8,603 nt of DNA from a virus. Lineage: Duplodnaviria; Heunggongvirae; Uroviricota; Caudoviricetes. Below the pieces are notes generated by a model. It ran no database searches, was not told the DNA's origin, and saw nothing but the letters and a program-made list of their open reading frames with translations. The position numbers were made by a program, and so were the translations under genes. This document shows positions 6,596-8,603 of the stretch, one piece after another (position 1 is the stretch's first letter; every line of letters begins with the position of its first letter). The DNA lies in IMG/VR virus record IMGVR_UViG_2541047905_000009, one strand, 5' to 3'.

Positions 6596-7190
6596 TTTCT
6601 TAACTTTCCATGCAGAAGCAACGCCTGACGGCGTAAACATCATGTACCGCAGCAACGATGGCATGACAGAACGCGTTGAGACCGTCTCATATATTGATGC
6701 CGTAAATCGTCTGGATGCCGGGGATTATGACGATAAACCAGATGAAGGCATGTTTATACATCTCGCTATTGCCAGTGGCGGCAACCAGGGATATTTCGAT
6801 TACACATCACAGCATCACGTGATTATGTGGCGCTGGCTGATAGCAACAGCATTCATCAATGAAATGAGAAAGGAAAACGGCACTGTCAGCATCATTGATG
6901 ATACTGGCAATCCTTCCGAAGTGGCTGTTTATTCCAACGGCATCGTCGCCATGCCGCTGTATCCAGTAGCAGAGCGCCTCGCTATGGCAAACAACATTGA
7001 GGGCGCGATGATAGAACGTTTTGGCATCGAGTCTGGCACAGAACGCGCCATCATTTTCTACAGAGCCATGATGGATGTGGAACAAGGAGCACTGACTCCA
7101 TTTGGTCGTGAAACGCTTGCTGAACTTCACAACAGCTTTATAGCTGAACTGAATGAAAACGGCATGCCAGCGGAACCAGTGACGCACTGA
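6588..7190 (+). CDS. hypothetical protein, 200 aa
   Basis: ATG at 6588 overlaps the upstream stop (ATGAATAA). The 6483 start in the ORF track would overlap the preceding gene by about 110 nt and gives a junk N-terminus. Protein-like composition. Confidence 0.65.
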   Translation: MNNFLTFHAEATPDGVNIMYRSNDGMTERVETVSYIDAVNRLDAGDYDDKPDEGMFIHLAIASGGNQGYFDYTSQHHVIMWRWLIATAFINEMRKENGTVSIIDDTGNPSEVAVYSNGIVAMPLYPVAERLAMANNIEGAMIERFGIESGTERAIIFYRAMMDVEQGALTPFGRETLAELHNSFIAELNENGMPAEPVTH

Positions 7191-7200
7191 GGATGGAGCC

Positions 7201-7542
7201 ATGATTACTAAAAATTTCCGACTGAATGCGCTGGCAAATAAGTATGCGTCAGCACTGTATAACCACATTACCTCCACCAGCGGCGGGGACTATTTCATGA
7301 TTGATGCGGACGGAGAGGCCGTCCGTGTGGAAATCGTCAATGGAGTAAAAGGCGTTCGCAGCCTGATCGATAGTTACGCACTGGCAGCCATGAAAGTGTT
7401 CTACCCGCAGTGGGAAACCGTGGGGATCGAGCTTCTTGATCGTTGCGTCACTAAGGACAGATTGACTGACGTCGGGCGTGAGATATGGCAAAGCATGGTT
7501 AATGACATGGGCGCAACTGTAGCGGGAGGTTCTCATGCGTGA
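7201..7542 (+). CDS. hypothetical protein, 113 aa
   Basis: GAGGA 6 nt upstream of the ATG; 10 nt after the upstream stop. Confidence 0.65.
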   Translation: MITKNFRLNALANKYASALYNHITSTSGGDYFMIDADGEAVRVEIVNGVKGVRSLIDSYALAAMKVFYPQWETVGIELLDRCVTKDRLTDVGREIWQSMVNDMGATVAGGSHA

Positions 7543-7906
7543 AAATGTAGAAATGGCGCTTAGCTCCGCAATCGGAGAGCAGGTGGCAAAGATTGCTGGT
7601 GCTGTGTGGATTCATAACCTTCATTCTACTGGTGAAGAGAAAATGGCAATTCAGACGCCAGAGGGACGCACCATTACTACATCTCTGAAGCCGTCAGATG
7701 TTTGTGATCTGATTTGCGCATTCATGTACCCAGCAATGAGGACTGTCCACGGCGATAAGTGGAAACTTGCGACAACCGCTGAATTTGATATGTGGCTAAA
7801 CAATGATGGCATGCTGACTGATTACGGAATAACCAAGTGGCAGATGCTAGTTAGCCATATCGCAAACGCTATAGACCACGTGGGGTACGGTGATGCGAAA
7901 CATTGA
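7535..7906 (+). CDS. hypothetical protein, 123 aa
   Basis: GGGAGG 5 nt upstream of the ATG; start overlaps the upstream gene by 8 nt. Confidence 0.65.
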   Translation: MRENVEMALSSAIGEQVAKIAGAVWIHNLHSTGEEKMAIQTPEGRTITTSLKPSDVCDLICAFMYPAMRTVHGDKWKLATTAEFDMWLNNDGMLTDYGITKWQMLVSHIANAIDHVGYGDAKH

Positions 7907-8384
7907 TCTTATCCGTCAGGTTATCAGTGCGTCTGAAAACAACTGGCCTCATGTGCTGGGCTGCCTGAACATAAATGTCCCTGACTCTCCGCGCCGTCAT
8001 GCTCCCTGCCCTGCATGTGGGGGCAAAGATCGATTCCGGTTCGATGACAACGGGCGCGGTAGCTTCATCTGTAATCAGTGCGGCGCTGGTGATGGGCTGG
8101 ATTTAATTAAACGCGTAAATAACTGCGACACAACAGAGGCGGCGCTTCTTGCCGCTGATGTTCTGGGTATTGATTACCGGACAACGGAAACACCAGAAGC
8201 CACCAGCCAGAAACGGGAACAACTGGAAACCGAGCGCCAGCGACGCGAACAGGAGCGCCTGAAAAGGGCAGAGAAGGACGAACAACAAAGACGGGATACG
8301 TTTTCCCGTCAGTTTGATGACATGCGCAGAAAGGCTGTAAACGGCAAATCTGATTATCTGGTTGCGAAAGGGGTAGGTGATTGA
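7893..8384 (+). pseudogene. DNA primase (P4 alpha / primase-helicase type), N-terminal zinc-ribbon fragment truncated by IS insertion
   Basis: CPACGGKDRFRFDDNGRGSFICNQCGAGDGLDLIKR is the CxxC...CxxC primase zinc-ribbon motif. The ORF ends after 163 residues (ATG 7893) at a TGA that is the first three bases of the IS terminal repeat (8382-8384). Full-length homologues are several hundred residues. Confidence 0.8.
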
Positions 8385-8603
8385 ACCGCCCCGGGTTTCC
8401 TGGAGAGTATTTTATCTGTGAACTCAGGCTGCCAGATCATCGTTTCCGATGGAAGCATAATAAGCTTTTTCTGCTTCTGCCGGAGGAGTATGGCCCAGCC
8501 TTTCCAGCAATCGTCGATTGTTATACCAGTCCACCCACGTGAGTGTGGCCAGTTCCACTTCTGCACGGTTTTTCCAGCTCTTACGGTGTATTACCTCCGC
8601 TTT
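8382..8603 (-). mobile_element. IS3-family insertion sequence, IS629-like, terminal part (partial; runs off window end)
   Basis: Terminus TGAACCGCCCCGGGTTTCCTGGAGAG recalled as the IS629/IS3411 terminal inverted repeat. An IS3-family transposase C-terminus is encoded on the - strand just inside. Confidence 0.8.
8424..8603 (-). CDS. IS3-family transposase OrfB, C-terminal 59 codons (partial, 5' end beyond window)
   Basis: Reverse-complement translation in frame with the window end: ...KAEVIHRKSWKNRAEVELATLTWVDWYNNRRLLERLGHTPPAEAEKAYYASIGNDDLAA*. This is the typical C-terminal tail of an rve-domain IS3-family transposase. The track ORF at 8354..8566 is in a different frame and is not the real gene. 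Confidence 0.8.
   Translation of the reverse strand, partial: KAEVIHRKSWKNRAEVELATLTWVDWYNNRRLLERLGHTPPAEAEKAYYASIGNDDLAA

Larger units (their letters stand above)
1445..8603 (+). mobile_element. P4-like / satellite-type integrative element inserted at the thrW 3' end (partial; continues beyond window, interrupted by IS)
   Basis: tRNA-adjacent P4-type integrase, AlpA/Vis-type regulator, antirepressor, small coupled ORFs and a primase zinc-ribbon gene are all co-oriented. The att core presumably overlaps the tRNA 3' end; no attR copy of the tRNA 3' end is seen in the window. Confidence 0.7.

Noticed and set aside
6807-7536. Antisense ORFs 6807..7277 and 7249..7536 (- strand)
   Set aside because: They lie opposite RBS-supported + strand genes. 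Their translations are W/H/C/F-rich and nonsense-like.
8103-8288. 61-aa - strand ORF inside the primase fragment
   Set aside because: It is antisense to a gene with a clear zinc-ribbon motif; a shadow ORF.
8354-8566. 70-aa - strand ORF from the ORF track at the IS end
   Set aside because: It is in the wrong frame for the transposase and crosses the IS terminal repeat into primase sequence. The real IS3-family transposase C-terminus is in the frame ending at 8424 and has no Met within the window.
1-8603. CRISPR arrays, rRNA genes, or an attR copy of the thrW 3' end
   Set aside because: No regularly spaced repeat array, no rRNA-like sequence and no second copy of the tRNA 3' segment were found by eye. 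The island's far boundary must lie outside the window.

Overview
The window starts in conserved enterobacterial core genome: a complete proA (gamma-glutamyl phosphate reductase, 1..1254) followed by tRNA-Thr(CGU) thrW (1369..1444). Directly 3' of the tRNA begins a horizontally acquired, P4/satellite-type integrative element, all on the + strand: a P4-type tyrosine integrase with a GTG start (1610..2824), a ~430 bp control region with direct repeats and a 35-bp palindrome, an AlpA/Vis-family regulator (3253..3456), a basic 143-aa protein, an AntA/ORF6N-type antirepressor (3900..4733), and then a tightly packed, translationally coupled operon of mostly small unknown proteins. That operon ends in the N-terminal zinc-ribbon of a primase, cut at codon 164 by an IS629-like (IS3 family) insertion whose transposase C-terminus runs off the window end on the - strand. 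The most unusual stretch is 4902..5930: a 342-codon open frame with a strong RBS, which contains a terminator-like hairpin followed by a U7 tract, a UUCG-tetraloop hairpin, crossing stems that bracket a Shine-Dalgarno, and two nested RBS-supported small genes. One of these, in another frame, has good codon usage and tentatively resembles Icd-like proteins. I read this as a candidate P4-style RNA-based immunity or attenuation locus, but that is inference from sequence patterns, not a database match. No CRISPR array, rRNA or attR copy is present. Most cargo proteins could not be assigned to a family from sequence alone.
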